Below are positions 22,472-34,100 of a DNA stretch of 64,000 bases, piece by piece. Position 1 is the stretch's first letter. Each line of letters begins with the position of its first letter. The stretch lies in assembly GCA_020184695.1 (NCBI GenBank), contig JAANOX010000033.1, positions 248,001 to 312,000 on the forward strand, in the 5' to 3' direction. Both the position numbers and the translations under genes were made by a program. The notes beneath the pieces are model-generated. The model saw only the letters and a program-made list of their open reading frames with translations. It did no database searches and had not been told where the DNA came from. This stretch comes from Histomonas meleagridis 2922-C6/04-290x (lineage: Eukaryota; Protista; Parabasalia).

Positions 22472-23263
22472 ATGGAAAATATTAACATTGAACAGCAACA
22501 AATACGCACAAAGCAATTCACATCTGTTACAAATAAAGAATCTATTAGGAAAATAGTTAATGAATCAAATTCAAATATTAAAAGACAATTTATTGAAGAA
22601 AAAAGAAGGAGAATTTTACTGCAGTCACAAATTAAAGTCATACAAGAAAAAATGGGAGCTCCACAATTACAAGTAACGGGTAACGATGTTGATTTGCATG
22701 AATCAATTAATTCTTTAGAAATGCAAATCAAGGAAAAGGAAGCAGAAATAAACCAAAAAAATGAAGAAATAAAATCAATTAAATCTGAATGTGAGAAGAA
22801 TCATAAAATAACAAAAAAACATATTTCATTAAAATTGTTGAGGAAACAAATCCAAGAATGTAACGCTTCAATTCAACAACTAAAAAATGAACTTGACGAA
22901 GATGTAAATGGAAACCAGGAAGTGAAGGAAATACAACTCCGAAGCATAACATTAGTTCAGATTAAAAACTTCGAAATAGAAAATCTCATCAAGAAAAGAA
23001 GAAGTATTGCTGAAGAAGCAGAGAAATATTTTTTAAGAACAGACTCTTCTGCAGCTGCTTCTTATGAAGTTGTTAAGCAAATCTTAAATGATCAAGAGCC
23101 ACTTGTTGAACAATTGGAAATGATAAATGCAAGATGCAAAAAACTAGAAAAATTAATCAGTCATTTATCAGATGGTCTCAAACCAAGCGAGTTGGCAGAG
23201 CGATCAAATCGTGCAATGAGAAAAGCATTACGCGAAAAATATGCGCGAAATAGTTTTGTGTAA
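22472..23263 (+). CDS. Coiled-coil hypothetical protein
   Basis: Open frame rich in E/K/Q/I heptads. First ATG at 22472. Confidence 0.65.
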   Translation: MENINIEQQQIRTKQFTSVTNKESIRKIVNESNSNIKRQFIEEKRRRILLQSQIKVIQEKMGAPQLQVTGNDVDLHESINSLEMQIKEKEAEINQKNEEIKSIKSECEKNHKITKKHISLKLLRKQIQECNASIQQLKNELDEDVNGNQEVKEIQLRSITLVQIKNFEIENLIKKRRSIAEEAEKYFLRTDSSAAASYEVVKQILNDQEPLVEQLEMINARCKKLEKLISHLSDGLKPSELAERSNRAMRKALREKYARNSFV

Positions 23264-23322
23264 AATGTGAAGTCATTTAACGTTCTTCTGAATTGAATTA
23301 CTTTGTTTGTATCTAACAATTT

Positions 23323-23748
23323 ATGGAAGCTCAATTCTCAAGCATTGATACAGTACTTAATTATGTGAAGCAAGGAGAAAAACCAATCGTATATGTTGTT
23401 CTTGGTACAATTTGGTCACCAACATGTTATTATACTATGAGCAAAATTCAAGAATTATCTAAACTACCAGAATATCAAGAAAACATAGAATTTTTTTATG
23501 TTGATCAAGATTCTGAACTCCAGTTTTGCTTTGGAGAAAATATTCCTGTTGGTTTTTCTACAATTTTATTGTTCGTGAAAGGAGAGATTGTGGATTTTCA
23601 AGGAAGAGAACAAGCATTTGATCAATCAAATGTTGACTCAAAGAGAAGGCTTATTCGGCAACTTAGTTTTGATCAAGCAAAAGCTATCGCTGATGAAGCG
23701 ATTTTGATTTTGAACGGAAAATCAGAATCAATCCCATACATAGAGTGA
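23323..23748 (+). CDS. Thioredoxin-fold protein with atypical WSPTC active-site position
   Basis: VVLGTIWSPTC ... FFYVDQD ... STILLFVKGE follows thioredoxin topology, with SxxC replacing CxxC. Confidence 0.6.
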   Translation: MEAQFSSIDTVLNYVKQGEKPIVYVVLGTIWSPTCYYTMSKIQELSKLPEYQENIEFFYVDQDSELQFCFGENIPVGFSTILLFVKGEIVDFQGREQAFDQSNVDSKRRLIRQLSFDQAKAIADEAILILNGKSESIPYIE

Positions 23749-24081
23749 TTGAATACTTTTTACGTGAAATTCTTTGTATAAGAAATGTTTGATATTTGGA
23801 AAAAATTTTAAGTAAAATCAATGGAATTAATACGCTCATTTTTTCACAATCTTTATCATTATTTTTTTCCAGGCAGCTTGTCTGAAATAGAAACACACAA
23901 ACCGCAGTAGCACTATTTATTTGAAAATAAAACAATATCTTTTATACTTTAACTAATTAAAAGAGTTTTCATCATCAAAAAAACGATACAACAAATAGAA
24001 TACTTTATGAAAAAATACATCAATAAAAATAAACGAAAATTAAATGACCTTATTACAAAATAACATTTTATTTAATAACAA

Positions 24082-25476
24082 TTAGATGAAGTTTCCTCCT
24101 ATTTTCGGCATTATCAAACCTCTAGGTTTTTGTTTATATGTGTAACCCAAGAATGCAAATCTTGCCAAATCTGGTTCACATGGAAGCTGAGATCCGAAAC
24201 CTTCGTCACCGTCAGGTTCTATCTCATCGAAGTGACAAGTGTCAGTTGGGAATCTAATGATTGGAATCATTGGTGGAATATTTGCATCAACACATTCGAA
24301 GTTAAATCCATTAAAGAACGGGTGAGTCACTATCTGTTCGAACTGGAATCTATTTTCTGGTTCACATAGAAGATGCTTTAACAAATCTATTGCTTCCGCA
24401 GATACATTTTTATCGGCTGGAAAACGTAATGCACGTCTCCAGTGTAAGATTCTAAGCGCTGTTTCTTGTAGAGATTTACCTGGAAATGGTGGATATCCAA
24501 AAAGCATCTCATATAAGATCACACCAAGTGACCAATAATCACTTAAAGTGGTTGGTTCTTGACCGCGAAGGATCTCAGGAGCTGTGTACCCACAAGTTCC
24601 AATAGCTTTGCCCCTTTCGTGATATGTTGCATATTGGTCACGACTAATTTGGCATTGTTCTATCATTAACTCTTGTATTTCATCAAGAAGTTGTTTGCGT
24701 TCAGAGTCGTTTTTCAGGTAATTAGTCGAAAGTCCAAAATCTGTTAATTTGATGTGGCCATTTTGGGCAATTAGAATGTTATCTGGTTTGAGATCACGAT
24801 GAAGGAAATGCATAGAATGAATGGAGTTAAGAGCTATTGCAATTTCACCGGCAAAGAATCTGGCGGTTGGCTCATTGAATGTTCCACGTTTGATAAGAGC
24901 TGTCATAAGGTCACCACCGCAAAGGTATTCTAAAACAAGGTAAAGTCGTGAGTCATCTTGGAACGAACAATGTAATTCAACAACCCATGGATTTGATGCA
25001 GCTGATAATATGTCTCTTTCTGCTCGAACATTGGCTAGTTGATCTTTAAGGATTATGTCTGACTTTCGGAGAACTTTGAGAGCATAAAGTTCAGATGTGG
25101 TATTTTCTTGAACTAACCAAACTTCTCCGTAACCACCTTTACCGATTAATTTTATTCTTTGAAAATGAGATGCTGTCAGCCGAGCCCTTGACATTCTCGA
25201 ATAATTTGTTTCTTCATTAACGTATTCTCTATATAAGGCTTCTTTATCTGATTGTGATAAATTTGAATTTGATACTGTTTCGATAAATCTTCTGTGCCTT
25301 TCGTTCCTGTCTTTTGTTTCTTTCATTAAAGAGGAGAAATGTTCTTCGAGATATCGCCTTGCTGTTTCAGATTTTATTTGAGTTGAACGAGATGGAAGTT
25401 GAGTATCCCAAAAACCATTTGATCCTGGTTGAGGGCATGAGTGTGTTCCGTAACCAGGTCTTCGCACAACAGTCAT
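24082..25476 (-). CDS. NDR/LATS-family AGC protein kinase
   Basis: N-terminal MOB-binding region (EETNYSRMSRARL), IGKGGYGEV, HRDLKPDN, DFGLS, insert before GTCGYTAPE, and hydrophobic motif FLGYTY. Confidence 0.92.
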   Translation of the reverse strand: MTVVRRPGYGTHSCPQPGSNGFWDTQLPSRSTQIKSETARRYLEEHFSSLMKETKDRNERHRRFIETVSNSNLSQSDKEALYREYVNEETNYSRMSRARLTASHFQRIKLIGKGGYGEVWLVQENTTSELYALKVLRKSDIILKDQLANVRAERDILSAASNPWVVELHCSFQDDSRLYLVLEYLCGGDLMTALIKRGTFNEPTARFFAGEIAIALNSIHSMHFLHRDLKPDNILIAQNGHIKLTDFGLSTNYLKNDSERKQLLDEIQELMIEQCQISRDQYATYHERGKAIGTCGYTAPEILRGQEPTTLSDYWSLGVILYEMLFGYPPFPGKSLQETALRILHWRRALRFPADKNVSAEAIDLLKHLLCEPENRFQFEQIVTHPFFNGFNFECVDANIPPMIPIIRFPTDTCHFDEIEPDGDEGFGSQLPCEPDLARFAFLGYTYKQKPRGLIMPKIGGNFI

Positions 25477-26549
25477 TCTGAATGCTTTTTTCTCTCACAA
25501 AAAGCTGTATTCAAAATCCAAGAAACCGTATAATTAAGTCAAAAAGCTACTTTTGAATATGTGGTGAAAATTAAGGGTTGTTTCTTTTGTTTGGTCGAAA
25601 ACAAAACGAAAAATGGAGAGAATCAAATTATTTTAAGACTAAAAGAGCATAATATTAAAAGGCAGACTAAGGTAGTTAAGATAGTACACGATAACAAATA
25701 TATAACAAAAACGTTTCGAATTCTGGATGATAAAATTTTGTTCTTCTATTCAAAAAGTGTTTAGTAAAACGATCGTTTGCTTAAACCCATCATAAACTTC
25801 GGTCCAACGGTTAGTTACCAAATTTCAGATAACATTTTTCATCGGTGTGATGGCCATTTGATTATTTAAATTTGAGTGCTTTTTAACAGTGTTCGTTCGA
25901 TTTTACCAAAAAAAAAAAAAAAAAAATTATTTTAATATGATATTTATGATCATAAAAAACCAGTTTACAAAATTGAAAATTGAAAACTTTACATATTGTA
26001 TGTTTTTGTGTTCTAAAAATAATTTTAGGGAATAAGGAAGTTACAACTATCTATACTTTCTTAATAAGGTCTACGCAAAAGCACAACATCTTCTTTTAAG
26101 GTAAAATTTCTTGTATAATCAGGCATATCAAAATTTATAAATCATCATTTCATTTTAAACCTTAATACTGAATACTCTTTTGCAAAGTATTAGAGGCTTT
26201 GTAATGCTTTACTATGCGTATATATCTGTGATCCATTTAAATCTCAAATGTTTCCAACAACCTAAGATAGTTGTGTTAATCTTGAGACAAATATTTTGAC
26301 AAAAGATTAAAGTAGAAAGAGTTGATAATGATTCAGACCTCTACCAAAATTTGCATTGCCATTATTTGTACACAAACGGCCTTTTGGGATTTGAAGGTTA
26401 TATTCAATTTGTGTTCAAAAAAAAAGAACTTTTTCAGTATAATAAACTTATCAATAGTTTTTGATAGAAATTTAATCGTTTAGATTGGCATTTTTTTTTG
26501 TTCCCTTCAAATTTTTTACAACAATTCAACTTGGATTAAATTCGAAATT

Positions 26550-28601
26550 TTGCTGTTTCTATTTTTTATTTTGGTTTATAATAATAATGACTTCCAATTA
26601 GATGCAGTATGTAATCATTCTTATGTATATCTTAATTGGACAAAATTACAAGACTATATCTATTTCAAAGTATATCAGAAAAGAAAGGATTCAAATGGCA
26701 TATGGACAGAATTCGAACAAATTAGTACTTATAGAAGTGGTGTAAGGCTCCATGTTTTAAATGTTTATCCAAGTCAATTTGATGGTGATAAAGGCCAAAT
26801 AAATACTGCAAATGATTCTTGTTTTACACATTATGTTAATTTTACGTTTGGTACTAGTTTTGAAATTATAACGTTACCAAAGTCTGCTTTATTAAAAGTA
26901 TGGATGCAGGGAGGAACAATTGAAGAAAATGGTGTTGTTTCAACATTTGATCCAATAGGAATTGATCCATTTACGAAAGAACGAATGATTTTTGTTGAAC
27001 CAATATCAATCAATGACTTTGAAGACGAAATTAAAAGTTATTCCGATTTTATATATGATTATGATATAATATTTTTTGGATCATGGGATGCAAGTTCATG
27101 TTAAAATATTCGGACAGAAACCGCACATATAATTTCAAACTATATTCAAAACGGTTATGGTGTTATTGCAGGACATGATACACTTATTGATTATTTTTAT
27201 GTAAATAATAAATCAACAAGTTTATTATCAATTCGGGATTTATTTGGCATTGCAAGTAAAGGTTCAGATAATTTTTATGCAGGAAATAATATTAATTATA
27301 AGAATATACATTCATCTAATATTTCTATTCAACGAGAAGGAATATTAGTTAAATATCCAAATAAAATTGGGAATGGTAAAATTGGTGATATTTTACCTAT
27401 TTATGAATCACATGTATCTTCAATTGCATCACAAGGTAAAGTTTGGTTATCATTTAGTAATAAAGGAGTTGAAATGGATGAATCTGGTCTTCAACATAAT
27501 TTTTATTTAACTACGAAAGATAATACAGCAGTCATACAAATAGGACATAGTAATGGTAATTCGACAGAAATTGAACGAAAAATTTTGGCTAATACGATAT
27601 TTTATATGAAACAAAGAACATATGAATATGAATTAAAAGATTATTATGTTATTGATTCTGAAGGACCAATTATTAAAAATATATTTATTAATCCATCGAA
27701 TTTAACTATTAATATTTTGTCAGAAGATATTGGTTCAGAATATAAATATAATGTTAAAGCATATGATTTAAGAGATTTTTCATTTGTTGCTTATTCAAAT
27801 ATTGTAAATTTATCATTTATTTCAGGAATTGATCATTATATTTATTTAATTACACCAAAATCAAATTTTTCAATTACTGATTTAACAACAGCTACCAAAA
27901 ATTATATTCAACTTGAAGAAAGTCAAACGCAAAGCGGGATTTATATTCATGTTGCTGGTGTTGATTATGCAGGAAATATTGGCGGAATGAAATCATATGA
28001 AATTTCAACATTAATTCCAAACAAAACATTTACAGAAACTAATTCATTATCAAAATCAAATAAATTCTCACCGAGTAATACATTTTCCAAATCTAGTTCA
28101 TTTACTAAATCCCATACATTTTCTCGAACGGGTTTACTTGCATCAGTGGTAACTGTTTCTCATACATTTATTTTCGTTCGATCGATATCATTTTATGTGA
28201 CCAATGTTATCACTCATTCATAGATTTCACAAACTCATCTCTTAGATATTGTTAGCTCATCATATACTATAATTATCTTTAATTCTATTTATTACGATTA
28301 TACAATTGTTATTTATTCGACATATTACAATTTTTATTCTGAATTTTATATTGCTTTTTCACAAAACTCATCATCATCAAGCAAAAGTTACTTATCTAAT
28401 GGAGAGTTAATTGGAATTGTTTGTGGTTCAATAGCAATTGTTTTATTAGTTACTGGAATTATAATATTTCTTTTAAGAAAGAGAAAAATTGAAATATCAA
28501 AAGAATCAAATGAATTTTCAGAAAAAACACCCGAAGTTGAAAATGAAGAATTTAAAGAAATTATTCATTTAATCCAAAATGAAAAAGATAATTTGATATG
28601 A
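26550..28601 (+). pseudogene. Bacterial-type (DUF5057-like) single-pass surface protein interrupted by two in-frame stops
   Basis: Track ORFs 26550-27104 and 27474-28223 are in the same frame. Reading through TAA 27102 and TAG 28221 gives about 683 codons: LHVLNVYP...YDIIFFGSWD...GVIAGHDT...NFYLTT...IQIGHSNG...KILAN, an S/T stalk, a TM helix LIGIVCGSIAIVLLVTGIIIFLL, RKRK, and stop TGA 28599. Confidence 0.65.
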
Positions 28602-29670
28602 TAATATCTTTCCATCGTTAAGAAATATTCAAAAATTAATAAATGGTATGTTCTTAATAAAATATTTTTATCTTTGAGATACAACATGAATAAAGTAAAT
28701 TTGAGTAAGAATTTACATTTATCTTTTTTTGCAAGATTCTTGTGTTTTTATATAAAATATGTACTGAACTATAAAATAAAAATAAATATATTCGAATAAT
28801 GAAAAATGATTATGAAAATATTGAAAAAAATTAAATACATGAATGAAAAATAAATATCTAATTGCGAGTAATTGTTTTTCAAAATTGAAAAATTAGTTTT
28901 ATGATATCAAGTTATGTTTGGATGTTAGAATTTCGATGAGACCTTAAAACAATTCTTGCAATAGAATTTTATAATATTCTCTTTAAATTTAAGTTGTTTT
29001 GCCTATAATATATTAAGTGCTTGACTTATTTAATTCATCTTGATATTCATTTTATTGTATTCCAAATCATTGATGAATCCTTTTGTTTTGATTTTTTATT
29101 ATTTTATTTTTTGAGGTTCCTTTTTGAAGTATTTCTAATTTATAATGCAAACAAAATTGCTTTGTTTTGGCGTTTTTGCAATAACATATTGAAAGGATAG
29201 AGTCTGGATCAAGGTTCTCTTATAAACTTTGATATAAATATATAACCCCTCATTATAATTTAGAATATTAGAATCATCATATATGATTTAAAATCAATTT
29301 TGTAACAAGAAATTCATATTTTTATATGAGAAATTTGGCAACTATTTTTCAATTGGAAATGGAAAGCAGTAATAATCAGAAAGTAAGCTGTGATTTTAAA
29401 CGTTTTATTTCTGGTTAAGCAACTTTAGAAAAGGATTTTTAGAAAAGCTGTAAAATTCCCATTAATCGAAAATTCATAAAATGGTCTACATAATGATGTA
29501 ACACAAAAGCACTTTTGCCAATTATATTTAATCAATGGATTTGTAATACTCTTAGGGCAATGTTGAATTTCGAATGATTTTTTCTCTAAAATAAAAAAAG
29601 TTTCATATTTTTGGAAACACATTTTGAATTGTTATTTCGACGATTCAAAAGTTTATTCAATTGATTTCCT

Positions 29671-29973
29671 GTGCATAATTTAAATTCAGTGTTCGAAAAC
29701 CGTAATGTTAGTTTTCAAATTGAGCCAAATGAAAAATATAAAATATCAAATTTTGCTGTTTCGACATCAATTATATATTATGATTATACGCTTATCATTT
29801 ATTCCAAACATTTCATATTTTGTTCCAATTTTTATTTTATTTTTCAAAATCAAGAAACCAAAAACTTTAATAAAACATATATTTATATTATCATTGGTGT
29901 TTTGTTCCTAGTTATTATTGTTGTTATATTATTTATAATATTATTAATTTGTGTCAGAAATAAACAACGATAA
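29671..29973 (+). pseudogene. Short fragment resembling the C-terminal TM segment of a surface protein
   Basis: Hydrophobic IYIIIGVLFLVIIVVILFIILLICV followed by RNKQR. No clear upstream body, and the start is GTG. Confidence 0.25.
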
Positions 29974-31177
29974 TGAAATAATATTTCTATAGAGTTTTCT
30001 AAGGCTATTGTTGAAGAAGATCCATTTGCGAAAAATTTCAAAGTAGTTAATTTTGTTCTTCAGATCTAAAATAGAAAGTATTTAGCAAAAAACATTTTGA
30101 TCATTTTTTATAGTTATCAATAAAATTTTTTTCAAATAAAAAAATACCAAGCTTCATAAAAACTTGTTATAATGAAAATGTATTTTATTACCTTTGTGAT
30201 ACAATTAACAATAATAAAGAAAATTCTAGTCAGAAAACGATTTTTCAAAAAGTTAATCAATACGCTGTCAACCAAATTAACGGTCTTTTCAAATCAGAAA
30301 ATCAATTTTTTTAAATTTTAAACTGAATCAAATTTAAAAATAAATATAAATAAATAAGTATACACATTCTACTTAATAAAATTATCTTAACCAAATCTTG
30401 TTATCTCATTTTTTTATGAGCAATCTTCAAAATTCCAAAATGCTTTTTTGGGTTTTAGGATTAAATACAGAAGTTCAAATTCAATAAATATATAGAACTA
30501 ATAATAGTCAATATTAATTTATATAATTTTTCTGTAGTGTCCATTTTGTTTTTAAGTTATACGAGATTTTCAATATCTATAGACCAGTGCAAAAATCTGT
30601 CTTTACAATTTTTTATAATTTATATGTTCTATAAATAGTAAAATTCTTGAAACAATTTATTCATTATTGGAGGCTCTAGACAAAAAAGAAAAATCAACTT
30701 TTTGAATTAATTTTGCGGTTACAAATCCATCAAGATTCGTTCCTCCACGAGTGAGCGATAGTCACAACAAGGAATCACAAAATTAAACAGAAGATAAACA
30801 TTTTTTCAACAATACTTGTATATACTGGTTTAGATGTGGTTAATTGATATATCCAGTCTTTACTTAGATGACCGTTTGTGTATTGTATCGTACACGAATT
30901 TAAATGGAAAGTGACTAAATTCAAAGGGAATTTTATAAAAAATTATTATATCTTCATAAAAATTTGTCTACTGTTCTTATATGTTAAAATCTGATATGTA
31001 TTAAATACATCACAAATAATTTTAAAATTAAAAAAAATTCTATAAGAGGGAAAATTGGTTGACAGTGTCTTAGTTAATCATTTCAATAAAATTTTTGTTT
31101 AACCTAAAATCCCTTTTAATTATTTAAATGTTCAACAAGATAATAGAAAATTATTAATAATATTTTATTGACAGTAT

Positions 31178-34100
31178 TTATTTTCCAAAGCCGAAGAAAC
31201 TTGTTTTAGCAAACAATTGATGCGATCTTGCCCATTGTCTTTGCGCCGTAGCAATTTGTTGTTGTGTGCAACCCACCAATTCTAAGATCATTGGTATCAT
31301 TGCTTCTTTTTTCGCGTCGTCTTGTAAAAAGAACTGTAACATTGATCTTCTTAAATACATTCTCATTGTTGAATCATTTTCAGCATCTCTATTTCTATGG
31401 TTTACGCCATTCTCCTTTTTCAATTCATTTTCATCGTTTTCGTTTTTCTTGATTTTATTATCGATATAAAACATTTGTTGTGTTTGTATTTTATAATGTT
31501 TTTCCTTATTCTTATTTTCTATATTAGAATTATTTAATTCTTGTTGCAATAAAATCGATTTTTCAAGTAGTTCGGCATAAAGTTGATTTGACTTTTTAAG
31601 CATTTTTTCAAGTTTTTTGTTTTTCATTTGTAATTCATTTACGTTTTCGTTACTGTTCGAAATGTTTCGTTCTTTTATCGATGTAACATTTTCCGTATCA
31701 TTTAATTGTTGCTCTAATTCATTAATACGCTTTTGTTTGATGGCATCCGATTTGGATGCGCGCTCTAAAAGTGTTTTCAGTTTCGATATTTCTTCGCTCG
31801 TGCTTTCTCTTTGAAGTGTTTCGTACTGTTGCCGCAGCTCAGCGCACGATGTCGAAAGAGTCGAAATTTGCGATTTACATGCTGAAATTTCGTTTTCTTT
31901 GGTTTGAAGTGCGCTTTGTAATGCTAAAATTTGTGCATTTGCGCTTTGGAGTTCTGCGATTTCGTTCTCTTTGCTTTGAAGTTTGGCTGATAATTCGCCG
32001 ATTTGCGATTTGCGCGAAGTTAACTCGGATTCGAGTTCATGCAGTTTGGCGCTGAGGGTTCTGATTTCGTCGTCTTTGCTTGCTATTTCATTTTGAAGTT
32101 CGCTTATTTTAGTTTCGTTTGAAGTTGTTAATTCTTTTTCTAAATTCATTTTTTCGTTAATTTGTAATTTGAGTTCTTTAATCGCATTTTCTTTGTTTGC
32201 TAATTCTTTTTCATGTGAATTTTGACTTTCATTAATGATTGCATTGAGCTCTTTGATTTCATTTTGAAGTTCGCTTATTTTAGTTTCATTTGAAGTTGTT
32301 ATTTCTTTTTCTAAATTCATTTTTTCATTAATTTGTAATTTGAGTTCTTTAATTTCATTTTCTTTGTTTGTTAATTCTTTTTCAAATGAATTCTGATTTT
32401 CGTTTATAATTGCATTGAGTTCTTTGATTTCATTCTCTTTACTTTGTAATTTGTTGTTTATTTCGTTAATTTCTTTTTCATATGAATTTTGATTTTCATT
32501 AATAATTGCATTGAGCTCTTTGATTTCGTTTTCTTTGTTTGTTAATTGGCTATTTATTTCACTGAATTCTTTTTCTAAATTCATTTTTTCGTTAATTTGT
32601 ATTTTAAGTTCTTTAATTTCATTTTTGCATTTTTCATTTTCTGTAATTTCTTTGTTTAATTCTGATTCAAACACACTTAGTTTGGTTTTAAGTTCTTCAA
32701 TTTCATTTTCTTTGTATGATAATTTGTTATTTATTTCATTTAATTGTGAAACTTTTTCGTTAACTTCTTTTTCATACGAATTTTGATTATCATTTATTAT
32801 ATCATTGAGCTCTTTGATTTCATTTTGAAGTTCGCTTATTTTAGTTTCATTTGAAGTTGTTATTTCTTTTTCTAAATTCATTTTTTCATTAATTTGTAAT
32901 TTGAGTTCTTTAATTTCATTTTCTTTGTTTGTTAATTCTTTTTCAAATGAATTCTGATTTTCGTTTATAATTGCATTGAGCTCTTTGATTTCATTCTCTT
33001 TACTTTGTAATTTGTTGTTTATTTCGTTAATTTCTTTTTCTAAATTCATTTTTTCGTTAATTTGTAATTTGAGTTCTTTAATCGCATTTTCTTTTTGTAT
33101 GATTGTATTATTTAATTTGCTAATTTGTGTTTCTTTTTCTGTATTTTGCAATTTGTAATTTTCGTTTTTAGTTTTGATTATATTTTTAAGTTCATTTGCT
33201 TCATTTTCATTATTTTGCAACTTAATTTTTAATTCATTTATTTGATTTTCATGTGATTTAATTTCATTTTCTTTATTTGTTAGTTTTTCGTTATAAATTG
33301 CTTCATTTTCAGTAAGTTTACTTTGTAACTCTTCAATTTCTTTGTTTAATTCATTAGTTTTCATTTCATACGAATTTTGGTTATCATTGATAATATTATT
33401 TAATTCTTTGATTTCGTTGTCTTTATTGGAAATTGTGTTATTTAATTCACTAATTTCTTTTTCATGAGAACTTTGTTTTGACTTAATAATTGTTTTCATT
33501 TCGTCAATTTCATTTTTGTTATTTGTCAAAACATTTGTTAATTCTTGAATTTTTATATCTTTTTCGTTTATTTCACTTTCACTTATTTTTTGACTTTCTT
33601 GAATTTGTTGTTTAAGTTCTTCAATTTCTTTGTTTAATTCATTAGTTTTTCGTTTCAAATACATTTTGGTTATCATTGATAATATTATTCAATTCTTTGA
33701 TTTCGTTGTCTTTATTCGAAATTGTATTAATCAATTCATTAATTTTAATATCTTTTTCATTCGCTTCTCCTTCAATGAGTTCTTGTTTCATTTGATTTTG
33801 TTGTTTAAGTTCTTCAATTTCTTTGTTTAATTCTCTAATTTTTGTTTCCTTTTCATTAATTTCATTTTCATTTGATTTTTGATTTTCTTGATTTTGCTGT
33901 TTAAGTTCTTCAGTTTCTTTGTTTAATTCACTAATTTTTGTTTCCATTTCATTTACATTTTCTTGTTTTGTTTCAATTTGCTTATTAAGTTCTTCAATTT
34001 CTTTGTTTAATTCTTTAATTTTTGTTTCCTTTTCATTTAATTCACTTTCATTTGTCTTTTGATTTTCTTGAATTTGTTGTTGGAGTTTTTCGATTTCGTT

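Noticed and set aside
26550-28601. TAA/TAG reassigned to Gln (non-standard genetic code)
   Set aside because: Well-conserved genes in the window (Rac, phosphatase, NDR kinase, enolase) end at TAA in the expected place and have no internal TAR codons.
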